DNA from: Choristocarpus tenellus KU-1152
Lineage: Eukaryota > Protista > Phaeophyceae
Reading direction: 5' to 3'
DNA length: 34,144 nucleotides
Assembly (NCBI GenBank): GCA_964200185.2
Contig: CAXNAD020000055.1
Span: 1 to 34,144 of the forward strand
The notes under the pieces were generated by a model. It saw only the letters and a program-made list of their open reading frames with translations. It was not told the origin of the DNA and searched no databases. Both the position numbers and the translations under genes were made by a program. Below are positions 1 through 12,700 of this stretch, one piece after another (position 1 is the stretch's first letter; each line of letters begins with the position of its first letter).

Positions 1-258
1 AACCTAGTGGGATACGGTTCTATGGTTGTGTGTAGAGCTCTGCAGTATTTATATACTGCAAGAAGAATGTTTGTACATTTGCCTTGGAATAGGTTAGGTG
101 TGTCAAATGTCATGTCAACTCTGAAGGCAAAATGATCTTGTCTAAATAAAGTAGTGATTTCTCCTTTTTTTTTAGTTTGAGCTTACATTATCAGCAAGGA
201 TTCTGTAATAATATTTTTTGGATATTGATCAAAATTCTACTAATGTTCTTGATGTAGA

Positions 259-410
259 CTGCGTTCAGCCCACAAAAGACACATGGATGGCGTGACCACT
301 ACCCGTTCCTCAAGTGGTTCCCATTGCTGACTTCTGTTTGTTTGGTCTATGCAGATCCTGGAAGATGCACACCATTAGTTGGGCGGAACTCTGTGGCACA
401 ATAGACATGT
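259..410. repeat. Dispersed ~150-bp intronic repeat, copy 1
   Basis: Shares collinear blocks (ctgcgttcagcccacaa, gtgaccact, ggttccYattgc, ctgtggca, atagac) with 6542-6695. Confidence 0.8.
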
Positions 411-448
411 AACCTAAGCCAAGCTTACTAGAGAAATTGCTGCCATAC

Positions 449-704
449 CTCAACACCCATGGTCTTGTCTTCATAGTTTTCCTCGAGGTCATCATTGACA
501 GGACCCTCGTCAATTTCACCATTGTCTTCTTCTTGATCCGACCCCTCCGCATTGTCATGAAACTTGTCTTCTTTCTTTGCATTGTCATCATTGTTCACCT
601 CCTCACCCTTGGCACCATCCTTATCCTTATCATCTCTATCTGCCTCACCATCTTCTCTTGTTCTGATCTCATCTTCCTCAAGCTTTTGCCCATCAAGGCG
701 TGAT
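449..704 (-). CDS. MDN1: MDN1 exon, D/E-rich tail (SRLDGQKLEEDE...MGVE)
   Basis: cag acceptor, gtatgg donor, phase 2/0. Confidence 0.88.
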
Positions 705-3700
705 CTGGTTTTGCAAAATCAAGAAATTGATCAGTATGGTCAATATACACCCAACCCCGCCCTCAAAACAGGGACGCACGCCAACATTCCACCAATCCGT
801 TACAACAATTTACAACACAGAACAAACAATATTAAATAAAACCTACCGAAAGAAATATGCACTACATAAGTCACAGCAAATGCATTAGTCACAGACACCT
901 GCCTCCAAATAGGGTAAAAGCAAAAACGTAACAAACACAACTCTGGAAGTACAAAACCGATTTTGTACACATTTAACACTCAAATCTTACCCCTCCTCGA
1001 ATTTCTCTTCTCCCTTCTCAGCCTGTTCATCATCATCGCCGTCGTCATCATCCCACATCTTCTCATCAACCACATCGGCACAGTCTCCAGTATCACCCAT
1101 CTCTCTATCAAGCTCCTCCTTGTCGTCATGCTCTTTATCCTTGCTCTCATCTTCTTTTTCTCCCTAGTTTCAGTGTGTGGTACAAAAACAGCCACCCATA
1201 TACGATGTAGACACAATAGGTTTCTGAGTAACTGATTGGAGGCTGTTACTTTTCGACACAAAACAGTTCAAATTATCTGTTGAAATTTCTAAAATTGCAC
1301 GTTCCACGTTAAAAATAACATACACTACTTGTGTCAGGACAACACGAACTTTTCAAAAATAGGATACAATTTCAAATGTTGGGAATCTCAACGATATCAA
1401 TAGCAGGAGATAAGTTGGAGCAAGTATCCGTCAAGCTACAACCTTGAAAATCGTCAACAAAATTCACTTCCTGCTCACCTTGGGGATATCAAACAATTCA
1501 CCATCGAAGTCATTCTCCATCTCCAAACCGTTGTCTTCCTCTTCTTCACCTAATACAGGAAATAAACATTGCAAATCGACATAATTTTATATGATACATG
1601 TAACAGTTCATTAAAACTCTGAACAATCTCGATCACTTCAGAGTCAACCCAACATAAAAAGTAATGTCTCAAGAACACAACAATACTCTCACCAAGCTCT
1701 TTCGACTCCTCAGGCTGCTGACTTTGATCTGGTGGCTTCTCATCACCCTTGAGTCCTAGAATCTGTTCCTCATCTTCAATTTGATCGCTCACATCCTTCT
1801 TTCCTTCTCCCTCTCCCATGCCGGTACCCTCCACATCGTCGTCAAACTGATGAGTTACAAATACCCCCACAAAATAATGACTGATTAGCTCTGATAAGGT
1901 CGCATGACCGCATTGGAGCATTGCAAGAACTGTTTGCATCAATTAGATTCTACAGAAGCGCTTTCAATATTGATTGTCGTCGCGAAACTGAATTACCCAG
2001 GAATAAGTAGTGTGAACTCAACTAAGCTCTGGTCAATAAATATGCGCTATAGATATATTACATTAAAGAAGTTATTTAGTGGAACTAATGGTATTCCCAG
2101 CAAGACACATATTTATGTTTAGAAGATGTCAGAAAAATGTACCTTCATTCCTTGAATATCTCCTCCACCTTCTCCATCCCCTTCCTCTGTCTCGTCTGAG
2201 CAAAGTCCTTTGGAAAGGAGAGTCCTAAAAACACGAACAATTACATAGTGCAGTTTTCCAGATCCCTTCAACACAGAGGCAACAAAAGGGAGTCGGGACA
2301 AAGTTTATCAGAAAAGGAGAAAACCCCTGTTCCCCACCAAGATCAAGGAATGCGGACGACAAACAACTTATGTGATAACAAGAATCCTGCCAGATATGAC
2401 CAAACCTACAATTTTACACTTCAAGACCTCACCTTACTAAAAGCTATTAACCCGGTCATCACCGCAGCTGCTGCAGCCTCAACCCGCCTCGCCAGGTGGA
2501 CCAGATCAGCACACAGAGAAATAATGGCAGCGCTTGCTGCATCGTATTCTGCACAGAATTAAGAGTCAGTGATGATTCAACACGGAGTGAGTGTCCATCA
2601 GAAATTCCTTCGTGGGAATTCTTGAGGAGATGTGATAACATGAAAACTATTTACCACAAAAATCCATTTACAGATAGTGCGTACTACACATCCCTATAGA
2701 CTCCAAGGTTAAACCAAGATCAAACATTTCATGTACCTACGAAGTTGTAACCTCCAATCCCTTGCACTCACCAGGTGTTCCCACATTCAACTTTGCATGA
2801 GTGAAGGCCTCAACAGCCTTACGTACGTCGCCTAGAGCAACAGCACATCGCCAAATCTTCATCAACCTAGCTTGTTCAAAAGCCTGCTTGTGTGCATCCC
2901 AGAGAGTTGTATCTGTTGTCCAGCCGCCAATAACCTCATCATCTCCATCTCCCTTTCCCTCAGAGGTAGAGACTGCAACTGCACTTGCTGTTTGTCCAGT
3001 AGTACCGTGTTGCAATGCTAAACTACTTTTCCCGTCATATACTCCACTGCCCTTGGGACGACATAAATTCTGAACAGAAAGAAGTAGTAAACGCACTACC
3101 CTCTCCACACGGAGACCCACCACAGAGAGATGCTGCTTGATGTTGTCCTTTGAATTTGTGCAACTCCCTACATCATCCCCATTACCAATCAAATTTCCCC
3201 CCTCAACTGCCCGAGTGTTTCTGAGACTTGCTTCCTGTTCATCAGGTAGCACCTTACCACCACACTGGTACCCGGACGCATTTTCTCCTAGAGGCGACAA
3301 TAAATGTAGACAAGGAGATAGGGCCGTCTTAACCGTTCCTTTCACATATTCAAGGTGACTCACTACACGTAAGACTGAGGCAGGAGGAAGAGGTGTCGTA
3401 GAATCCTCCATCTCCACGCACTTCAACAGTCCCTCTACATCGTGACAAACAACATCAAGTAGTTCTTGGTTCGACATCACAATCCTTAACACATTTACAC
3501 CAAGCAGTGGATGTCGTAAGTAAGTCCGATTAAGTACGAGCTTTTTTTCAGGGTTGTGAGCGTCACTGCTTACAGCGGCACTCGAGACACATTCATTGTC
3601 GAGAACACCCTCGGGTATGAACTCAAGCAGCCTGTCCATCATTTCACAAATTTTAGACCTAGCCACTGCAAGAACTGAATGCGCTCTTTCCACTCTCCCC

Positions 3701-6700
3701 GCATCCAACATTCCCTTCATCTCATCTCTCTCTTCCAGACATGTATCTCCTAAACCAACCACATGCATTCTGGACATAGATGGCATTGGAGGATCAGCTT
3801 TGGTTACACTTCTGAGGAAGAGCTGAAGCTCCACAATCGACTCCAAAGCACAGCGCATCCCCTGTAGCTGGAGATTGAGGGCTTGTTGCAGAGGCTTCTG
3901 AGGTGGAAGACCCTGTCCTGGAAACCCAAGCCCAGAAGTACTTTTCTTGACTTGTTCCTCAGAGGGAGAACTTATTCCGTCCGGAGCTGAATCCGGTTGG
4001 GGTATGTTAGATTGAAAGTTCAAGATGAGGGTATCAATTGCCTTTATTTCTGCAGAGAAGCTTGAAAGTTCCCTCTCCACTATCGTGACTGCACCACGTT
4101 GTTGAAGGACAAGAAGACCTAAGTGATCAGCCAAGCCACGCATGACCTGCAAAACAATTTGGTATTGTGTGTGATGTGTGAGACCTCAACTCTCAAGATG
4201 TATGTGGCACTGACCTGGACTGTGTACAATTCACAACATGTCCAGGGTTCCTCGACTGTTCTGCTTTCATTACCACATGTTTGGAGTTAGAAATTAAGGT
4301 TAAGAATCAATGACAAAATTAACACCAGAATAGGACCCAAGTTAATCAAGCATGGAGTTGCTAGGGTTAGGGTTGGCCAACGTACGTTCAAGCCCTATAA
4401 TTTCAATCTAGCACATGTTGCAGACCCCATGTCACCCAAAAAACAAGTAATTGTTACCTCTGCCTCTCTCCGTGTGATATCATGTGCCACAGGTGAGCTA
4501 GCCTCCAGCCTGAGGCGCATCACCTCTGACAAGGACTTGAGGTAGTAATAATCAGCACGTTTTGCAATTTCTCCAACAGCTTGCCGGGTCTGCATACATT
4601 ACAGTAAGAAAAGGCAAAGGTTGAGAAGCCCAATTTTATGTTGGGCACTCAGACATCTCATAATTATCCTCCAAGAGCTAAAGCATGTCATCAGAAAAAC
4701 AAAATAAACCTTTGACCTCACCTCATGAATATCATCACTATCACCGTTGAAACCACGGACAAGTACTTCAGGACCACAACCTGGCCCAGCAAGAAAGTCT
4801 TCCTGGAACGGAGTGAGTGACGTCATGACCTGAAGTATGTCTAACACCTCAACAGGTATAGCGGCCTTGGCATGACTTAGACCCTGCTTCTTTAATTCAC
4901 TCAGCAAGTCCAGAACTGCTCTTTTCTTGACCTGTTTCCCAACTGTCTTTTTTCGAAGTCGTTGAATTCTCCCAAAGACGGCCAAGCACATTTCTTCCGA
5001 TAGACCTGCACCCAAAAGCCCAGCTGGTCTTCCTGCTTCCGCCCAACCATCATCGTCCAATTGTTCCACAACCTTGGAACATCCATAAATACCCCTTCGA
5101 AGGAGCAATTTCATCTTATCAGAAAGGCCAGGCAATCGCATAATATATGGAGCAGCGCTTTCATCCTTTGATGCACCTTCCACAAACGCCTCCAAAATCC
5201 AACTTGGAATCGACTCAGAAAGATCACTATCTGGTAGATCAAAGCCGCGCCATCGCCTTACATATTCTTTCCAACTCCAACCAGGAAAGTCCACCTTGGA
5301 ATAAAACAAAGGCTCCTTCGGTAGGCACTCGTTGAGGGCTCTAAGAGATGAATGAGACACAATCGCTCCTTTCATTCCTTTCCTCTTGAGAGATAACTTT
5401 GTATTGCTTACGGGTTGTTGAAAGTCCCTAGATGAATTGAGGTGAACTGTAGAATCTTTCAATACATTTTCTGCACCTAGAACCATATTAGAATCACCTT
5501 CCTCCTTAGTCTCCGCATCATCCATAAAATCTTCTTCCGAGTCCACCTGGACAAAACAGTTACTGTTGGCATTATATTTTTCATATGTGGTTGTACATTT
5601 ACAATATGTTGACATACCTTTATACTCACAAGTTTGTACTATATTATATATTGATCATGCAACTCTGGGCTTTCAATTATGAGAAAAACCTTCAGACATT
5701 GAATTTATGGTCCCTTGGCAGTTACTTCTTTAACTACTAACGCATTATATAATATTATCAAGCTAGTGCAACTCAGGTATATCATGTCATACTGCTTATG
5801 TTCAACTTTATTCTTAAACGACTAAAAAAACTGTACGTGTTGCAATCGGTTTACAGAGTATTTTGAAGCTAACCATCAAAACAAAAAATAAATAAATAAA
5901 AACTATTCTATTTGACAATAGTTAAATAGGAACACATGTTTATGCCTACATTACAACATGTTTTCCACCTGTTACCTTTTTAACCATGCCAAACATAATG
6001 AAAAGGCTTGGAACATCGGTTGATGGACTTCCCATTCGAGTCCCTCCTGCTGAACCAGCTCTCTCCCCCACACCCTCAGTAATTGCTCCATGCAGAACTT
6101 CAGCAGACGAGACCTGAAAAAAAACTCAAAACAATGACCCACGCGGTTGGAAAATGGTTTAAAACCTTCACAGAGATCAATTTCAAAAGAACAACAAAAG
6201 ACAAGTACAGGCTACTCAGAACACACACTTACATTTAGTATGATGAGAGAAGAAAAGGTACAAAAAACACCCGTCTACAAATACAACAAGACAAACAAGA
6301 GTTTTAACCACATCAAACCTGAAACTTACACAATTTGCATTACCAATTCTGACCTCTCCACTTTCTACTTCACTGTGTTACGATGTTCCAAGATCAACAT
6401 TCCAAGCAAAGAAAGACTTTGCATCATTTTACCCACCTAGCGTTCCATCAAATACACACATCTGATTTATCCAATATTGCTGTTGGAATGTCAAAGGTAG
6501 TACGATACAACCAAGTTGGTGTCAAATTCTAAATATTTCGTCTGCGTTCAGCCCACAAGGGACATGCACTCAGTGTGACCACTGAATCTTTCCCATCCGG
6601 TTCCTATTGCAGACGTCCGTTTTATCTTTGCAGGTCTTGGCAGATAAATGCACCAGTCTGTAATTTGGTGGAGTTCTGTGGCAGATAGACCTGCATGTCG

Positions 6701-9700
6701 TTTACTTTCACTAAACCGACGGCAGATATTTCCTTATATCTTACAATGTCCCTTTTCATTGTAATTATGTCTATGAAACTAACTGTATCAATGTTCCGAT
6801 CAAAGCTTAGCACAGCTTGCATGTTCTCCTGGCACGTTTGTTCACATACTGCGAATAGATATACGCCCAAGGGGTAATCGTGGATGCCTTAAGAGAAACA
6901 AAACTACATCGTCTGCAACTGAATAATCTAGCTCGGGAAAGAAGAAATATTGCAAAAGTGCACTTAATGTTCGTAGGCACTAGAAACAAAACTTTAGTAG
7001 ATCTAACAGAAGTTCGGATCCCATCTTACCTCCAAGATTTCTTCATAACCCCTCAGTAACTTCGTGAGCTTGCGATGCGACTTTTCAGAGGACTCTGCCA
7101 GTGAGTAGTAAGTCTGTTCGTCCCACCTGCCCCAACCAACAGCGGTTGATTATCAAAGGATGAAAAAGAGAATCAGACATGATATTTCAACATGTTCAAC
7201 TCAATGTATACGAAACTCCCTCAAGCATTAAATGAGTAGATATGAGTCACAATAATTGCGTACAAGTCCACTCACTTGGCCAGTTTGGCTTCCTCCTTCA
7301 GCTTCTTCTCAATTCCTTGACGAACAGCATCTCTCGCTGACGCAACTTCTCCAGCGAACTGGACAACAAAGAGCACAGTAGTAATCACATATACTGAGAC
7401 AAAAAATTGATTCAAAATATTAACACGGAATGGCCGTACTTAACACAATTCAATTTTTTCTCTGTTAACAAGTAGGTACATAACAAAATCACAAGTACCA
7501 TCATCTCCGTAATACGATACAGAACAGAGAAGGAGAGGGTGATACATTAATTACACAGTTGAGTATCGAAAGATACCATCCCATAAAGTACTTCATCAGT
7601 GCAAGTACAAAACTTTTAACTGAACATACTACCAGATCCTCTACCCTCACCTGTGAGTAGTAACGCCATAGACTGTATAACAATGTTCCCAAACTTGAGT
7701 CTTGATTGCCAACATCATCGCATCGAGAAAGTTGGATAGCAAAGACATGGATGAGCTCCAGCCTTGCAAAGAACTCGCCTATCGGGGCTGTACGTAGGAA
7801 AGTGTCCAACGTATCAAAAAGACCTGGAGGGAGAACGACATAAACCTTGATTGACTCTGTGATACATCTAACCAAAAACATTCTTACTCAGCAACATACA
7901 CAGATGTGTGTGTATAGTAGTGCCTAGTCAGCAAAATAATATTTACTACGCGTATACCATTTAATAGAATTTAGTTTATCCTTCAACCTAACTGATGAGC
8001 AGAGAGTAAAGAATCACACTCACGAAGCATCCACCTATTTATAACATAATAAGGGAAAACGAAGTATGGCCGGCAACAAAGACAATCGGTGTTAATCCAT
8101 CAATTGGCAATTACAAAGCATCACGTATGTTTATGAAACTAGAATAACTCCATAGCATGGGAAGATTGGGCTCAGATCCATGAAGCAGTTTCTTCATCAT
8201 GCCATAATTCTCAAGAAAGAACCATATTCAGCGACGATGAAATACTTGGTAGCTCATCATAGCCTCTTCGCACATGACACATGGTTGACCACACTCAACA
8301 CTCTGTAAACAACAAATTAATTTGATCTTCAGTAAATCCAATGGTAAGTGAGACAACACTGCTTGATGTTAATGCAGTTTACATAAACGTGATACAGCAC
8401 CAGATACACAACTCAAACCACAACTCGATCACATGTAATGTTTAAGTTCAAACTCACAAAGCAGTGTTTTCATCACCAAACAATTCTCAAGAGAGAACCA
8501 TGGTCAGCGACGATGAAATACATGTTAACTTATCATAGCCCATTGTTGCTAACAAACCCAAATATTATGTAAACAACCAACATGATCTTCTCTTTGTACC
8601 AGGCGCATGGTCATTTGCAAGTGAGTTCCTATAATGCGCAAAGGTAGATTCAACAATCAGTAAAAAAAAAAAAATAGGGCATGAAACCTACCTTGAGCGT
8701 GCTCCAATCCTCCTCTTTTGCCCATGATTACACTCATTTGTTCAGCTTCAATTTCAGTCTTTGATACAGGCAGTGGTGCATCCGCAGATGTAAGTCCCAA
8801 CCACATCCAATCCCTCCCAGCGAAGCACTCCTGAGCACTCAACCAGTCCACTCTAGGCACTGCGCTCAAGGCATTTGCTTGGGAGTTGATATTTGACAAT
8901 TGAGGTATCTGTGTCATACCTTCACCTTCCTTCAAATTTTCCCAATCACCCAAGAGAAGCCTGTAAAGGTAGAACCACCACCTATGAGCCTTTCAAGAAA
9001 CAAGAGGTACGGTGGACAGCAAGAAGTCTTCAAACAAAATTGCGTGTCATACTTTAAAAAAAAATCAGAGGAACACAACAAGATAAAGATACCCTCGTTA
9101 CAAGGTCATCTGTATATCCCTGAAGCAACCGTTTACAAACCTTCATGGTGTACGATCTCTCCCTTGAATCAAGTAGAAGGGACCAGCTTCGAAGTTCCAA
9201 CGCTCTCCAACGTGTGACAAGGGCACTGAGAGGATTTAGCTCCTCTGACAAGCGTATCCCCCTGTGTGCCTGCTGCTCCCACTCCTGAGCTTTACTGAGA
9301 GTCACCTCCACTCCAGCAAGGACAGCACCCACAGGTGAGTGTAGTGGCATTCTCCTGATGCGATCTGCCACACGAGCCAACTGTATAGCCGAAATGGGAA
9401 AGCGCAGAGAGTATCTTAGAGGGTACAAGTTTCGCCATGTTTGTTTTTTGGGGGCTTGGCCTCCCATGGATTTTTAAAATATATTTTCCTACTCCAAAAC
9501 TATTCGGAGTAGGAAAATTTTCAATATTATGGAAAAGCGTGTCAAGAACAAGGATATTGACATTGACACATCCCAACAAACACGATGACAAACATTACAT
9601 CAAGTACGCAACATTGAACTTTGAAACTCAAATGAAGGAGACCCTACCTACCCTCTAAGGTAGGTTAGCTTCATATGCAGGTGTAACACTAATTCAGATG

Positions 9701-12700
9701 TTTCGATGCATATCAACAAAATTAACCACCAATAGACACTTTACTGTGTCTAACCTGTATCAGAATCCCATGGCCAGGAAACTCGCCGAGAAGCTTTGCC
9801 ACCTTCCCAATGATGCCAGCAAGTGGTTTATCCGCTAGTCTCGTCTCCACCACGTTGGCGTCATGATAAAAGTCCACGAGAGGGTCCACAATCGAAAAAC
9901 TACGCACAACAGACCTGTCAAACACACAAGAACTGACTACACTTTGCCTCATGCCCGACATTTGGCTTTTAAACCGTATCCCTTGAATTTTTGGGTTTGC
10001 CTTCCCCCTATCCATAGTTCCATTCGGAATAGTTCCATTCGGAATGCAGGCTTCTTGGCATGTGTCAAGGAGCAGACTGGAACCAGATGAACAAACCAAG
10101 GAAGCATCAGCCAAAGTCAGCAAATGTGAGCAGGCAAACTCATCCTCGAGGTCCCCCTCAACGTTACAACTCTCAAGCCCATCTGACTCTGTATCAGAGG
10201 CAGCACCAATGTTACCAAGCCTTCTCTCTGTTGACAGAAGAGGTTTTCCATGTAGAGAAAGCAGGGTCGCAGCCCTGTACGATCTTTGAATTGCCAACAG
10301 CCGAGCTGAATCTAGTGTACCATCTTCTACCACAGGTTTCCTGACGAAAACAACCAAAGGTAAGTGTTACGACCTTACACAAAGAGAATGGTTGATCCAA
10401 CATACATATGACAATACACACCCATGATTTTTTTCAACGTGAAGGCAGACACCTCACCTGCTAGCTCCACCGCTTTCCTGAACACCATTGCATAAGCTAT
10501 AGCTTGCCTGCTTTTTCTGGACTGCTGACGTAAGGAAGAGTCGGGCATGTGCCTTAACCAATGAAGACACCTCAGCCTCAGAAAATCGCCCATCAAAAGC
10601 ACCTGCAGAACCTGAGACTACTCCATCAGTGGCCTGATCCTGCTATCAGAATCGAAATTAAAGACCAACCCCATTAGAAAAGGATGCACTATATGCATTT
10701 ATCAATTATCGCTATGCCAACAATTTGCGAAACCTGTGTTTTGCCTCTACCTACATAATCTTAAAAATGATGTATGCCTTGTACATTGAAATCTAAGTGG
10801 TTTAGAAGGAAAAACAGTATCTTACTGACTTTGACACCCTTTGTGTCTATGATCATATCTAAAAATACACGCTCAAGCCTCCAAAAAGATGTGTTAAACA
10901 TAAAATGTACTGTTAGTTTTCCGGAGTTGTTAATATTGAACAGAAAACGAAATTGCTAAAACTTGTATCAGAGGGCATTGAAAACTTAAAACCTACCCAT
11001 CAGTTAAAACTTGCTTAATACGGATAACTATATACCCCACATTGAACCTACCCCCAATTCCATTGAAGGGATTCTGGCCGTTACCTAGTTCTTTCTCATC
11101 ACCCTATTCCCTCCATCCCTCCAAATACCATATCGGAAGGTACACACCTGATCTTCTTCAGGGTTACCAAGTTCGACAGTATAGCCTTCCAATCCGACAG
11201 AGTCATCAAAAATATCGTTATATCCAGCACTGAAGTCAGGAAATAAGGACTTCAACCTTTCTTCCTCTCTCTCCTCATCGCCAACAACCTGGTGAGCACA
11301 GATATATTGAGAAGGTAAAAAAGACAAAGAAAAAAGACAGCTCAGAAATTTTCGAACAAAGTATCTAACACCCACAGCCAGCAAGGCCAATATTTCAAGA
11401 CTTGAGGAATCACGAAGTCGGAACCAAACCAACAACCCAATCGTCAATGAAGACGTTCTCAGTTGGGATATTATCAGTATAAAAGAGCATACACCATAAT
11501 TATTATTGGTCAAAACCTCAGGAGAGCAAGATCAGCAGTAACTATCATCAAACATCTTAATTCTGTATAATAAACCCATGTCACTTCCTCAACCTCTCAG
11601 GGAGTGAAGCGAGACATCAACAAACATACTGAGGTTGAACACTCACTTCAGTGTCCAACAAAATGTATCTTGTGGCATTCCTCTGCTTTAGTCATCAGTG
11701 AAAAAATTAGAGTGAATTGGGCTTGGTAGTCCTCAGAGGAGAGTAGGTCAAGCTTTTCACATCACACGACTCACAGGAAACATGAACAACTGAGAGGTCA
11801 CAACAGTTACAGCATAGATGTTAATGCACACATAACACACATAGGAGTTTAACCAGACATAAGCCATCAGCAAAAAATTAGAGTGTTTTAGAGATGATTG
11901 GTCCTCATTGAGGTAGGATATCATTTTCTCATCATTTGGCTTTGATCTGATCAAAACGGATAGAGCAAAATCATTTTTTTATCAAGACGCATCGTTAAGC
12001 ACCTAATCCTTTTCTGTTTGTATTCGCAACACTGACCGTACATTTTAGAGGGTAGGAACGCGTCATTTGGTGGCCAAAAAAACCTCCAAAATTAATGCCA
12101 TTAGGAAGGCCAGTCACATCTATTCACCACATTTCCAAGACACAAAATGAAGACAGAAAGTTGGATACTTGAGCATTGAGCACCAATGAATAAATAAAGA
12201 GGGGAACTAGTGAGGCCATGGGCATGGAACGCCACACGCCAGCAATCCAGCAGCATTAAAATCTTCTTCATTGTCAACTGAAACCTGTCAAGATGTTAGA
12301 TTGCCCATCCCGTCATGCAGTAATGACCAACCACAAGTCATGAACAAAAAAACTATGTCTACTCACAATATGCTCCTGGACTTTGTACTTGAGAATCTCA
12401 TCCTTCTTTCGCTGTTCTTCAGCCTTTTTTTCCTCAGCCCTAGGATTAACAAGACAAACATGTTTTCACACATTTCAAAGAGTCAAAAGTCTATCGTTAA
12501 TCTGCATCCTGAGATAAGATGTATTCATCTCATGTTGTAATAAACACAAAATATTATATTTCATCAATAATACAGTATTTTCACCTATGCCACTACCACC
12601 ACCTTCGCAAAGTGATACATGTATCAAAATGTGGACTTCTACCAACCATTATTTCTACCTCTTTGCTTAAGCAACTTGGTGGACAGTGCGTTCAATCATA

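Noticed and set aside
12207-12285. Exon-like stretch cag|VSVDNEEDF
   Set aside because: Runs into a stop with no good donor; the exon at 11148-11288 supplies the conserved LFPD motif.
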